Positions 8,951-18,230 of a DNA stretch of 64,000 nt are shown here, one piece after another. Both the position numbers and the translations under genes were made by a program. The notes under the pieces are model-generated. The model was not told where the DNA came from, ran no database searches, and was given only the letters and a program-made list of their open reading frames with translations. The stretch spans positions 57,315 to 121,314 of the forward strand of contig CAJUDS010000006.1 in assembly GCA_910585345.1 (NCBI GenBank). The letters run 5' to 3'. This DNA comes from an uncultured Lachnospiraceae bacterium. GTDB lineage: Bacteria > Bacillota > Clostridia > Lachnospirales > Lachnospiraceae. Positions within the stretch are counted from its first letter, which is position 1. Each line of letters starts with the position of its first letter.

Positions 8951-10066
8951 ATGAAAAATAGAAAAGCGCTTAGCCTGTTTTTATGCATCGGCATTGCGTG
9001 CAGCCCCCTCCACGCTTCTGCCAACGAAGGTTTTTCCTGGAAAATCATATCAGACGAATCGTCAGAAGAAAACATAGAGGACAGTCCGGAAAAGCAGGAG
9101 TCCAAAGAGGCGGATGAAGAACAGGAACCCGAAGACGCCTCCGCTGCAGAGGAGGAAAAGGAAGCGTCTGACGAAGAAAAAGACGACAGCGAAGAAGAGA
9201 TCGAAGGGAAAAAAGACGACGAGGAGGATGACGAGGACGACGAGGAGGAAGATGACGACGAGGAAAGCCGTTCAAAGTATCCTTCCAAAAACATTTATTC
9301 CAAACTCGAAATGGAAGAAATGATCGAAAAAAAATATAAGGAACTGAAAAAGGCCTACGAAATAAAAGACAAATTCCAAAAAACAAAGGAGATCGACCGT
9401 ATTGATTCCTTTATTTTAAATTTCTGTGGAGACCCCCTGAAGAATAAAAAGATCGCATTTCTGGGCGACAGCATCACGGCCGGAAACGGAGGCACGCTGA
9501 CCCCTGACGGCGGCGGACTTGATTATACGGATTTTATTGCCAAATATACCAACGCGGAAATTGTCAATCTCGGCATCGGCGGAACTCCGTTTGACGGCAA
9601 TGAAAATGACGATGCCCTTGTTTACCGATATAAGGATATCCCCGGCGACTCTGACATCATCGTCCTCTTTGGCGGCATCAACGACCTTTTTGCAGGTTCC
9701 GAACATTTTGGCTCGCTGGATGAGCCCGAAAAGGGAACTTACTGCGGCGACATCAACGAAACGTTCAAACAGATCGGCAGCCGTTACCCGGATGCAGAAG
9801 TTTACGTGGTAATCACTTATCCGAACAAAATGGAAGATTATAAGGAATATACCAATGAAGACTGGCAGGTCTATGCAGACGTCCAGATTGAATTGGCGGA
9901 TCAATACGATTTCCATGTAATCGACCTCTACCGGGAAGGATTTTTAGACAGTAAAGACAGTAAAATCAGAAATGCTTTTTTCAAGGATGACATCCATCCG
10001 GACGATCTGGGCAGCGAAATCCTTGGCCGGCATATCCTCGTCCATTTGATCGAAGATTACTTATAG
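8951..10066 (+). CDS. Secreted SGNH/GDSL hydrolase with acidic low-complexity N-terminus
   Basis: Signal peptide; FLGDSIT, GIGGT, GGIND, DDIHP blocks; D/E tract; upstream TTGCAT-N17-TACGAT (8899-8927). Confidence 0.88.
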   Translation: MKNRKALSLFLCIGIACSPLHASANEGFSWKIISDESSEENIEDSPEKQESKEADEEQEPEDASAAEEEKEASDEEKDDSEEEIEGKKDDEEDDEDDEEEDDDEESRSKYPSKNIYSKLEMEEMIEKKYKELKKAYEIKDKFQKTKEIDRIDSFILNFCGDPLKNKKIAFLGDSITAGNGGTLTPDGGGLDYTDFIAKYTNAEIVNLGIGGTPFDGNENDDALVYRYKDIPGDSDIIVLFGGINDLFAGSEHFGSLDEPEKGTYCGDINETFKQIGSRYPDAEVYVVITYPNKMEDYKEYTNEDWQVYADVQIELADQYDFHVIDLYREGFLDSKDSKIRNAFFKDDIHPDDLGSEILGRHILVHLIEDYL

Positions 10067-10082
10067 CGAAGCAGACGCAATA

Positions 10083-10126
10083 GCAACCCCGCGACAGGCT
10101 GACAAGCAGCGAATCTGCGGGGTTGC
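10083..10126. terminator. Hairpin between convergent genes
   Basis: GCAACCCCGC...GCGGGGTTGC inverted repeat; no clear U-tract. Confidence 0.45.
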
Positions 10127-10162
10127 CGATCTCTCTATCGCGTCCGGCCTGCGCCGGATTAT

Positions 10163-12133
10163 TTACTTCACAATCTCTACATCGTCTTCTATACCTTTCA
10201 GATCTCCCGCCGGATTCTCACTGATATTCAGATATTTCAAATGTTCCGCCTGCACCAGCGGAGAAAGATCCGTGATATAATTATCTTTCACGCTCAGCCG
10301 CGAAAGATTTTTCAGCTCCCTCACAAATTCCAGATCTGTCAGCTCATTGCTGTCCAGATACAGTTCCTGCAGATTAGGAAATTTAGCCAGAAAATCAAGG
10401 TGTTCACTGAAATCCACATCATCATACCATGCATCGACCATGCCGTTATAGGCCTCTACATAATAATTCTCATGCAGCTCCATCCCATTCATCGCCAGTA
10501 CGCGAAGCGACGGATTTTCTTTGATCCGGTCAAAATTAATTTCAAATTTGCCCGCATTCAAGTATAATTCTTCCAGTCCCTGATGGTTAAAAATAGAAGA
10601 TACATCCCCATAAGCCTGCAGTCCATAATCATAGCCAATCCATCCGCTGCCGTCCAGATTTCCGTTAAAATCCACATATTTTAAATTTGTCATACCGTCA
10701 AGAAACTGTATAGACTGAATATAATGGGATGAGGAATTCCATACGGAATAGAAGGTCAGCCGTTCCACCCCCGTGAGCGTGGAAAGCGCTTCCGCTCCGT
10801 CTATATTACAGCTATGGATAGACAACTCCCGCAGGTTCTGCAGGCCGCGGAGCGACGAAACGGACATAAAGCCGCAGATATCCAGTTTTTCAAGTCCGGT
10901 CAGGCCGGACAAATCCGGATCCGTCTGGTAAGTCATTTTGTCAATTGTAAGCTCTTTCAGCCATGTCATTCTTCCCACAGACGCATAATCTTTGATTTCA
11001 TTATTACCAGCCAGACGCAGACTTTCTAACCCGGTCAACTCCGCAAGCGGCTCCACACTAATCACGGAACTGTTTTCCAGAGACAAAACGGTCAGATTAG
11101 GCAGACCTTTTAAAAAACCCACATCCTTTATACGATCAGAGCTGATAGACAATGACTCCAAACCTGTCATAACGGAAACAGCGGTATAATCTGTCACCCT
11201 GACTACATCGTCGTCCGGTATCAGGCTGTCGGAAATAACCGTATCCACCAGGGTAAGCATTTTGAGATGTTTCAGCGCAACCAGTTGTTTCAGATTGGTA
11301 TCAGGCAAATTTTCCACAGACAACCGCTCCAGATTGGCAAAGGAAACAATGCCCTCTATTGAATCAATATGTCTTAGATCCAGTTCCGTTATCTGCCCGG
11401 GATCCGCAACCATATCCGCAATCTCCGACAACTCCACACCATCCGCAGACAGCCCCTTTAACTGTGTCAGAACGCTCAAATCGACATCCTGAGACAGACT
11501 CCCGATATCAAGAAATACAAGGCCTGTAAAATTCTCAATATTTCTATCGTCCCATCCCAGCCCCGAAAATACGGCTGTCCTGATTTCCGCGTTATCGGTA
11601 TAGGGATCATCAAAGCTATACCATACCCGCGTCTCATCAGCGTAAAAATCTATTTTCAAATATTTCACCTTTGAAAGGTCCTGCGGGGTAACGCCTTTGG
11701 TCTTGCCGAACATTTCTTCCGTTATGGCATCATATAACGGACTGGCCGGGACAGTCTCTTCCTCCGGCTCTGCCGCACCGCCATAATCAAAATACGTCTC
11801 AGAAGATGCAGCATACTGGCTGCCGGAATGCCGCGGGGAAGAAGATGAAATGCCCACAGCAATCACTAGCAGACAGATAAAAAGAAGGAAGCAGCCTCCC
11901 GCTACCGCCAGGGCCGTCGCCGTAACCGCCTTATCTTTCCTTGCAGCCGCCGGATCCTGATATACCCTGATAGGCTGATTGCCGTAAAAATTATAGTTCG
12001 TAATATTCTGCGTTCTGCCCTGGTCCAGTAGAAACTGGTTCCCGCAATATTCACAAGTAATCAGTCCTGATTGGGAATTCTGCGGATTCAGTCTTGCGCC
12101 GCAGGACGGACAGTTGACTTCGACTATTTTCAT
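10163..12133 (-). CDS. Membrane-anchored leucine-rich-repeat protein with N-terminal Zn-ribbon
   Basis: CPSC...CEYC, one TM helix, many internalin-like repeats (LQELYLDSNELTDLEFV, LSVKDNYITDLSPL). Confidence 0.88.
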   Translation of the reverse strand: MKIVEVNCPSCGARLNPQNSQSGLITCEYCGNQFLLDQGRTQNITNYNFYGNQPIRVYQDPAAARKDKAVTATALAVAGGCFLLFICLLVIAVGISSSSPRHSGSQYAASSETYFDYGGAAEPEEETVPASPLYDAITEEMFGKTKGVTPQDLSKVKYLKIDFYADETRVWYSFDDPYTDNAEIRTAVFSGLGWDDRNIENFTGLVFLDIGSLSQDVDLSVLTQLKGLSADGVELSEIADMVADPGQITELDLRHIDSIEGIVSFANLERLSVENLPDTNLKQLVALKHLKMLTLVDTVISDSLIPDDDVVRVTDYTAVSVMTGLESLSISSDRIKDVGFLKGLPNLTVLSLENSSVISVEPLAELTGLESLRLAGNNEIKDYASVGRMTWLKELTIDKMTYQTDPDLSGLTGLEKLDICGFMSVSSLRGLQNLRELSIHSCNIDGAEALSTLTGVERLTFYSVWNSSSHYIQSIQFLDGMTNLKYVDFNGNLDGSGWIGYDYGLQAYGDVSSIFNHQGLEELYLNAGKFEINFDRIKENPSLRVLAMNGMELHENYYVEAYNGMVDAWYDDVDFSEHLDFLAKFPNLQELYLDSNELTDLEFVRELKNLSRLSVKDNYITDLSPLVQAEHLKYLNISENPAGDLKGIEDDVEIVK

Positions 12134-12260
12134 ATCCCGCTCTCCTTATCTTAAGAATATGCAGATCGTCTGCAATGGAGTACAATCCGCATTTCCATTG
12201 TAACACGGCCGCGTCTAAAATCAAAGGATTCCTTCTACATAAAGCAGGATAACAGCCCTC

Positions 12261-12695
12261 TTATTCCTCTATCTCGATTTTGTAACGCCCGCACCATTCC
12301 CTGGCCACTTTTTTACAGGCATCCTCACGGTATCTGCGCCACCGTTCCTCAAGTCCCAGATCATACAGTTTCTCCATGAATTTATCAGACGCATCTTTTC
12401 CTCTGACCGCTCTTTCCAATATATCCTGTTCCCTGCCTTCCTGCAGTTCATATATAAACTCTTCAATCATAAAATATTCGTCTATATCGTACTGCCGCGG
12501 CACGGGAATATAGTCTATCACCTGCTCCTCCCTGCTCCTTTCAAGCAGGGCAGGATTCGCATCTCCATTTACCGCTTTCTCAGACACCCGTACAATGCCG
12601 CCTGTTTTCGTCTCATAATAATATTCTGCCCCTGTTCTGCCAGAATCAATTGCCTTGACCACATCCTGCAGTTTCACTCTCATTTTATCCACCAT
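12261..12695 (-). CDS. UPF0158 family protein (divergent)
   Basis: VKLQDVVKAI..YYYETKTG..IDEYFMIEEF..W..Y..AREWC pattern; family assignment from memory. Confidence 0.65.
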   Translation of the reverse strand: MVDKMRVKLQDVVKAIDSGRTGAEYYYETKTGGIVRVSEKAVNGDANPALLERSREEQVIDYIPVPRQYDIDEYFMIEEFIYELQEGREQDILERAVRGKDASDKFMEKLYDLGLEERWRRYREDACKKVAREWCGRYKIEIEE

Positions 12696-12726
12696 CTCAC
12701 AGCAATTTCTGATTTAACCGCGCCGC

Positions 12727-13770
12727 TCACGATTCTTCCTTTGTCCGGAAAGGATTGTGCAGGGCTGATTGATAGGTTTCGATGGAAATCTGCCCCTTTT
12801 CGAACAGGCTCTCCAGTGTATGCTCCATCAGAATATTTCCTGCTGCCTCTGTCATCTGTATGCTGTTCTGTATACAGGGCGTTCTGCCTTCCCGGATCAG
12901 ATCACGGATCGCCCCGTCCACCTTCATAACCTCACATGCCAGCACTCTTCCCCCTCCGTATTTGCGCGGCAAAAGCTCCTGCGACAATACTGCCCGCAGC
13001 GTCATAGAGAGCTGCTGCCGGATCTGCTGCTGCCGGTCGGCCGGGAAAGCGCCCACGATACGGTCTACCGAATCCGCCGCGGAATTGGTATGTACTGTCC
13101 CAAATACCAGATGCCCCATTTCCGCCGCTGTCAAAGCCGCCTCTATCGTATCCGGGTCATGCATCTGTCCTACCAGTATAACATCCGGATCCTCCCGCAG
13201 CGCCGCCCGCAGTCCGTTCGAGAAACTCTTCGTGTCTTTTCCCACCGCTCTCTGGTTAATGACACATTTGTCGGGCGTATAAATATATTCGACCGGATCT
13301 TCCAGCGTCAGAATATGTTTTTGCTGCGTATGATTGATATGATCTAAAATCGATGCCAGCGTGGTGGATTTCCCGGAACCGGCTTCACCGGTGACCAATA
13401 CAATACCCTGACGATACCAAGGGAACTCCGCTACCGCATCCGGCAGTCCCAGTTCGTCCAGTTTGGGAATCTTGTCACGGAGCAGACGGATCACGGAAGA
13501 ATAATGCCCCTGCTGCATAAATACATTCAAACGGCAGCGGATATCCGCAATTTTACATCCTCCGTCCAGTTCGCCGTTCTGCACCAGTGTACCAAACCGG
13601 CTTCCCGCCAGTACTTTTGCATATAACATGCATTCCGCATCCGTCAGGCGCTCAAGACCGTCCTCGCAAATCTGCCCGTCTATACGGAAATAAGGCGGAA
13701 GTCCATGCACCAGATGCAGATCAGAAGCACCCAGTTCATAGGCCCGTTTCACCAACTCTGTAATCGTCAT
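12727..13770 (-). CDS. pilT: PilT/PilU-family ATPase with degenerate Walker B
   Basis: ASDLHL, GEAGSGKST, TLEDPVE, LREDPDVILVGQMHD, GHLVFGTVHT, AIRDLIRE; start MTITEL at 13770 with GGAGG upstream. Confidence 0.9.
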   Translation of the reverse strand: MTITELVKRAYELGASDLHLVHGLPPYFRIDGQICEDGLERLTDAECMLYAKVLAGSRFGTLVQNGELDGGCKIADIRCRLNVFMQQGHYSSVIRLLRDKIPKLDELGLPDAVAEFPWYRQGIVLVTGEAGSGKSTTLASILDHINHTQQKHILTLEDPVEYIYTPDKCVINQRAVGKDTKSFSNGLRAALREDPDVILVGQMHDPDTIEAALTAAEMGHLVFGTVHTNSAADSVDRIVGAFPADRQQQIRQQLSMTLRAVLSQELLPRKYGGGRVLACEVMKVDGAIRDLIREGRTPCIQNSIQMTEAAGNILMEHTLESLFEKGQISIETYQSALHNPFRTKEES

Positions 13771-13847
13771 ACCATCTCCTCCTTGTTCTGCGCAATCCAG
13801 GATTTGGCCGCTGTGCAAAATTTGACTCTCATGCAGGCGATACTCCA

Positions 13848-15143
13848 TTATAGCCACACTTCCTGATAATTGCGTATCATCACATCAAGCACAAAGTTCC
13901 CCTTCTCCGTATAACACAACATTTCCCCTCCCAATCTCACGGCCGCCTCCTGTATGGAAGTCAGGCCAAATCCATGCCCCTCCCCCTTTTTCTCCGTCTT
14001 TGGAATGCTCCCTTTCTCCACATACAAATCCTTCCGGCAGCAGTTTTTGATTCTCAGAATCAGATAATCCCGATTATATTTCATCTGCACGGACGCCTGC
14101 CGCTGTCCGCGGTCTAACTCTGCTACAGCGTCATAGGCATTTTCAAGCCCATTGGAAAGTATTCTGCACAACTCCATACACGGAAGCGCTTCCTCGCCGA
14201 CTCTGATATCCAACCGCAAAGACCCGTCCATTTCCTTAAACTTCGGCATATAATAACTGAATACCGCATTCAGATACGGATTGGCGCAGTAATTGCGCTG
14301 AAACACTTCTATTTCAGACTCCATACTGTGCAGATAGCGTGCGGCCTCCTCTGTTTTTCCCGCCGCAAACAAACCGGACAGCGTAACGATATGCCCCCTC
14401 ATATCATGTTTCATTTTCCGGATATACTGCTGGTTCTCAAGCTGCACCTCCAGCGAACGCTTCTGTTCCTGCAGAAGCCGTTCATTCTGCTGCCTGCGGT
14501 AAAACAATATCTGCCCATGGAGCGCCGCAAACATCGTCGCATAATTAAAAACCATCAATACCAAGATCAGTACGCACAACAGTACATCCTTCGGCCGATG
14601 CACAATACTGGTGGGAATATATAATAATATGGCCAGAATGATATAATACAGAAGCGTCATGCCCGTAAAAATCCCCCACCCCTTTGCCATAGAATCCTGC
14701 AGTTCCGCATACGGCTTCCTGAGAAAGCGGTAGGCAATATATTCCAGCAGCGGAAAAACCAGCAGCCTGCTCACAAACAGCAGAATGTACCTGCCTCCGC
14801 CCAAATAATGGTCCGCCAGCAGCGTCACGGCCGTAATCCATAACGACACCGTATCCACAAGGCAGAACGTAAACAGGAACTTAAAATTCCTGTCTCTGGA
14901 AAGCAGCAGAAAAAGCAGAAGACTCGGCGCGGTGCAGGTCAGAAGAAACCATTTGCCGACCACTTCTCCATATATGCCTACGCCGATACCGTTGATCAGA
15001 ATCAAAATCCCAATACCGATGCCGGCGAGTATGTACGTTTTTTTTCGCGGATAACGGGAACGGAACAGAATGAAAAACAACAAAAAGACATGAACCATCA
15101 CTAAATATGCAGACAATTCCCACAACAACTGCGGATGCATCAA
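13848..15143 (-). CDS. Membrane sensor histidine kinase, GHKL/HATPase_c_5 (AgrC-like)
   Basis: About 6 TM helices, KHDMRGH H-box, NGLENA, HGFGL. Confidence 0.9.
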   Translation of the reverse strand: MMHPQLLWELSAYLVMVHVFLLFFILFRSRYPRKKTYILAGIGIGILILINGIGVGIYGEVVGKWFLLTCTAPSLLLFLLLSRDRNFKFLFTFCLVDTVSLWITAVTLLADHYLGGGRYILLFVSRLLVFPLLEYIAYRFLRKPYAELQDSMAKGWGIFTGMTLLYYIILAILLYIPTSIVHRPKDVLLCVLILVLMVFNYATMFAALHGQILFYRRQQNERLLQEQKRSLEVQLENQQYIRKMKHDMRGHIVTLSGLFAAGKTEEAARYLHSMESEIEVFQRNYCANPYLNAVFSYYMPKFKEMDGSLRLDIRVGEEALPCMELCRILSNGLENAYDAVAELDRGQRQASVQMKYNRDYLILRIKNCCRKDLYVEKGSIPKTEKKGEGHGFGLTSIQEAAVRLGGEMLCYTEKGNFVLDVMIRNYQEVWL

Positions 15144-15838
15144 TCCACCTCCTCAAACAGTATTTCCTGATACCGCCTTTTCACTTCCGTATAATATCGT
15201 CTTGATACCGGAACTCTGCGGCCTGCAACTACAAGCTCGTTTCCTTCCCACCTGTCTGCCTGATACATATTCACAATAAAACTCTGATGGCAGCGGAAAA
15301 AAACCTCTCCGCACACCTGACGGGCCATTTCTTCCAGCTTTCCTTTGCACTCCTGAACCCGCCCGTCTTTACAATGAATATATAAAGTATGTTCCCTGCT
15401 GCTGATATAAAGTATCTGGCCATAAGGAATGGCGCCTGCCTGACCGCGCCATTTGTAGCAAAGACTCTGCTCTTTGTTTCTGACAATATTCCGTGAAACC
15501 CTTTTTATAAGCTGTTCGAGCATTTCCGCGTCCACCGGCTTTATCAGATACTGCATTGCATAGACATCATAAGCCTCTCTGTAAAATACGTCGCTGGAAG
15601 AAATAAAGCAGAGCGCCGCATCCTCGTCCTGCAGGCGCAGGCGTTTCGCCAGCTCTATCCCGTTCATGGCATCGTCCATATAAATATCCAGCAGATACAG
15701 GTCAAAGAGGATATGGCTGTTTTCCGCATCCGCAAGAAGCTGCGCCGCATCCGTATAAATTCTCACATCATGTCCGTCCAGAAAGGTTTTTAAAAGCAGA
15801 GCATCTTCATAACAATCATCACAGACCGCTATTTTCAT
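15140..15838 (-). CDS. LytTR-family response regulator
   Basis: IAVCDD, LLDIYM, YLIKP receiver; FFRCHQSFIVN and VPVSR LytTR domain. Confidence 0.93.
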   Translation of the reverse strand: MKIAVCDDCYEDALLLKTFLDGHDVRIYTDAAQLLADAENSHILFDLYLLDIYMDDAMNGIELAKRLRLQDEDAALCFISSSDVFYREAYDVYAMQYLIKPVDAEMLEQLIKRVSRNIVRNKEQSLCYKWRGQAGAIPYGQILYISSREHTLYIHCKDGRVQECKGKLEEMARQVCGEVFFRCHQSFIVNMYQADRWEGNELVVAGRRVPVSRRYYTEVKRRYQEILFEEVD

Positions 15839-15868
15839 CAGGTAAGTTCCTTTCTTTTTTTCTCTTTC

Positions 15869-15940
15869 ATTATACCAATTATACCATACAATTTTTACCC
15901 CCCCCCGAGGTCAATTTTGCTCCAAAATCTGTCAATTTTG
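15869..15940 (-). promoter_or_regulatory. Promoter region of the LytTR/GHKL operon: two tandem extended -10 boxes, G9 tract, 21-bp-period direct repeat
   Basis: TGGTATAAT twice (TATAAT at 15869-15874 and 15878-15883), C9 at 15898-15906, GTCAATTTTG at 15910 and 15931. Confidence 0.6.
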
Positions 15941-16000
15941 TACTTAGACGACAAAATCCGGCATGCCTGTCGAAACCGGGCTGCAAACGCCAGGCCATTC

Positions 16001-16205
16001 CATGGAAAGCAGTTTTCAAAAATAATGTCTATAACTTGAGACAAAAAGCGTTGCCGCCACAGGCGGCATAAAACTTATGTACAAAAACCGCTCAGAAAAA
16101 CCAGCTTTTCTGAGCGGTTTATTGTACATATTGTTTACATTGCCCTGCAATGTAAACCTTTTGTCTCAAGTCATAAGTATTTATTTTTGAAAGCTGCTTT
16201 CCGCC
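16001..16205. mobile_element. About 205-bp MITE-like element with about 45-bp imperfect terminal inverted repeats and three internal hairpins
   Basis: GGAAAGCAGTTTTCAAAAATAA..ACTTGAGACAAAA (16004-16048) pairs with 16157-16202; terminus CATGGAAAGCAGTTTT resembles the 46-bp palindrome terminus CATGGAAATCAATTTT. Confidence 0.75.
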
Positions 16206-16280
16206 ATGCCACGTTTTCACCTATTGATTTTTTTGCACCGCCGGTATACGATAAAGCAAAACAGAAGCGGAGGACGATAT

Positions 16281-16607
16281 ATGATAAAATTTGACGAAAA
16301 TTATGAATTGCTGAGCGGTATGTACAACGACGGATATTTTCCTGATTTTCTGGTAGACAAAATAAAAAAACTGATAGAGGATGTGATTGCCTTTTTAGAA
16401 AGCGGCGAAAGAGATCTAAAAAAAATCCAGGAAAAATTTGATCACATGACACTGGCAATCAACGATCTGCAGGACGAATTTGAAGAAAATGAAAGCGAAC
16501 TGGAAACTGCCGCCAGAGACAGCATCGGTGAAACCGTAGCTTACATCCTGGAATGGTTTCAAATTGCCATCGACACAGAAGACGCCATCGGCAAACGCGA
16601 CTGGTAG
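16281..16607 (+). CDS. Small acidic conserved protein (DUF5713-like)
   Basis: GGAGG RBS; MY.DGYFPDFLVDK...LETAARD.I...RDW pattern (recalled family); promoter TTGATT-N17-TACGAT at 16224-16252. Confidence 0.75.
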   Translation: MIKFDENYELLSGMYNDGYFPDFLVDKIKKLIEDVIAFLESGERDLKKIQEKFDHMTLAINDLQDEFEENESELETAARDSIGETVAYILEWFQIAIDTEDAIGKRDW

Positions 16608-16640
16608 CTGGCAGCTTTGTTTTCGAATCCTGAACCGCAA

Positions 16641-16680
16641 AAAAGTCTTTCGAAGAGCCACGCTTCGAAAGACCTTTTTT
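16641..16680. terminator. Bidirectional intrinsic terminator
   Basis: GTCTTTCGAAG/CTTCGAAAGAC stem with A-run and T-run flanks, between convergent CDS and tRNA. Confidence 0.85.
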
Positions 16681-16683
16681 CAG

Positions 16684-16756
<73 letters not shown>

Positions 16757-16829
16757 CTGCTGCCTGCAACAGCAAATGTACCGTAGATATCATACCCAAT
16801 TTCCGGCAGTTTGTCAACAAATATTTCCT

Positions 16830-17453
16830 TTACCTGCCAATCGCCCGGCGCAGCTTGCTCTTAATCCGCTGCAGCGCATTATCCGTAGACTTATCGTCCC
16901 GGCCAAGCACCCTGGCGATCTGTACATATTTCATACCCGTCAGATACAAATCAAGCACTTGTTTTTCAAAACCGCTCAATTCCTTGTCGATGATCTTTTC
17001 CAGTACCTCAACATTTTCCTTATCAATCCATGCCTCCTCCGGGCTTTTATCAGAAAGAGAGCTGAGCACATTTACAAGCTCCGTTTCCTCTCCGCCGTTC
17101 TCGCCCCGTTCCCGCACATCACTGTACAGGGAGATATAGGAATTTAACGGTGTATGCTTTTTTCTCCGGGAAGCCTGTACCGCCGTGTACATCTGTCTGG
17201 AAATACACAAATCCGCAAACGTAAGAAAGCTGGCGTCCCGGCCGATGTCATAATCCCGCAGCGCCTTAAAAAGCCCGATCATCCCTTCCTGAATGAGATC
17301 CTCGCTGTCCGCGCCCAGAATATACATGGATTTTGCCTTGCTGCGCACCATATTTTTATATTTATTCATCAGGAAATCCGTAATGCCTGTCTCCCCGTCG
17401 CGCAGCCTGACAATCAATTCCTCGTCGCTGCTTCCTGTATAATCTCTTTCCAT
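16830..17453 (-). CDS. sigH: RNA polymerase sigma factor SigH
   Basis: DLIQEGMIGLFKA, KHTPLNSYISL, DNALQRIK; rlmB-sigH synteny. Confidence 0.95.
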   Translation of the reverse strand: MERDYTGSSDEELIVRLRDGETGITDFLMNKYKNMVRSKAKSMYILGADSEDLIQEGMIGLFKALRDYDIGRDASFLTFADLCISRQMYTAVQASRRKKHTPLNSYISLYSDVRERGENGGEETELVNVLSSLSDKSPEEAWIDKENVEVLEKIIDKELSGFEKQVLDLYLTGMKYVQIARVLGRDDKSTDNALQRIKSKLRRAIGR

Positions 17454-17456
17454 ATC

Positions 17457-18230
17457 CTACATCCTCTGCCGGACAACCTCATAAGCAAGTACGCCTGCCG
17501 CCACGGACGCGTTCAGAGAGTCGATATCGCCTTTCATGGGAATGGACGCAGTAAAGTCGCATTTCTCTTTTACAAGCTGTCCCACGCCCTTTCCTTCACT
17601 GCCGATCACCAGCCCTATCGGGCCGCGCAAATCCAGATCGTACATCATCGTCCCTTTCATATCCGCGCAGACGAACCACAGACCTTCCTTTTTCAGATCT
17701 GCAATCGTTCTCGCCAGATTTGTCACCCTCGCTACAGGCGTATAATTCAGCGCCCCGGCGGAGGTCCTGGCCACAGTGGCGGTCAGCCCCACCGCCCTGT
17801 TTCTAGGAATGATCACACCATGTGCGCCGGCCAGGTTGGCGGTACGGATCACCGCACCCAGATTATGAGGGTCCTCTATATTATCCAGAAGCACCACAAA
17901 GGGCGGCTCATTTTTGTTCCTGGCTGCCTGCAGAATATCTTCCACCTCCGCATAAGCATATGCTGCCGCACAGGCTATGACCCCCTGATGCTTTCCCGTC
18001 CGGGAGAGCTGGTCCAGCCGTTCCTTTGTCACGTATCTGACAAGCGTATCCTGTTTTTTCGCTTCCCGTTTCACGGTCATCACCGGCCCGTCATGACAGC
18101 CGTCCAGTATGTACAGCTTATCAATGGTTCTGCCGCTGCGGAACGCTTCGATTACCGCGTTCCGTCCTTCTATCGTAAATGTCTCTTCATCCGTCTCTTC
18201 CCGCCGCTGCGGCGCCTGTTTCTGTATCAT
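17457..18230 (-). CDS. rlmB: 23S rRNA (G2251-2'-O)-methyltransferase
   Basis: [23 protein letters not shown]. Confidence 0.95.
   Translation of the reverse strand: MIQKQAPQRREETDEETFTIEGRNAVIEAFRSGRTIDKLYILDGCHDGPVMTVKREAKKQDTLVRYVTKERLDQLSRTGKHQGVIACAAAYAYAEVEDILQAARNKNEPPFVVLLDNIEDPHNLGAVIRTANLAGAHGVIIPRNRAVGLTATVARTSAGALNYTPVARVTNLARTIADLKKEGLWFVCADMKGTMMYDLDLRGPIGLVIGSEGKGVGQLVKEKCDFTASIPMKGDIDSLNASVAAGVLAYEVVRQRM

Noticed and set aside
13780..13845. Weak repeated motifs between the kinase and pilT as a LytTR site
   Set aside because: Spacing is inconsistent (18 or 23 bp) and matches are short; not supportable.
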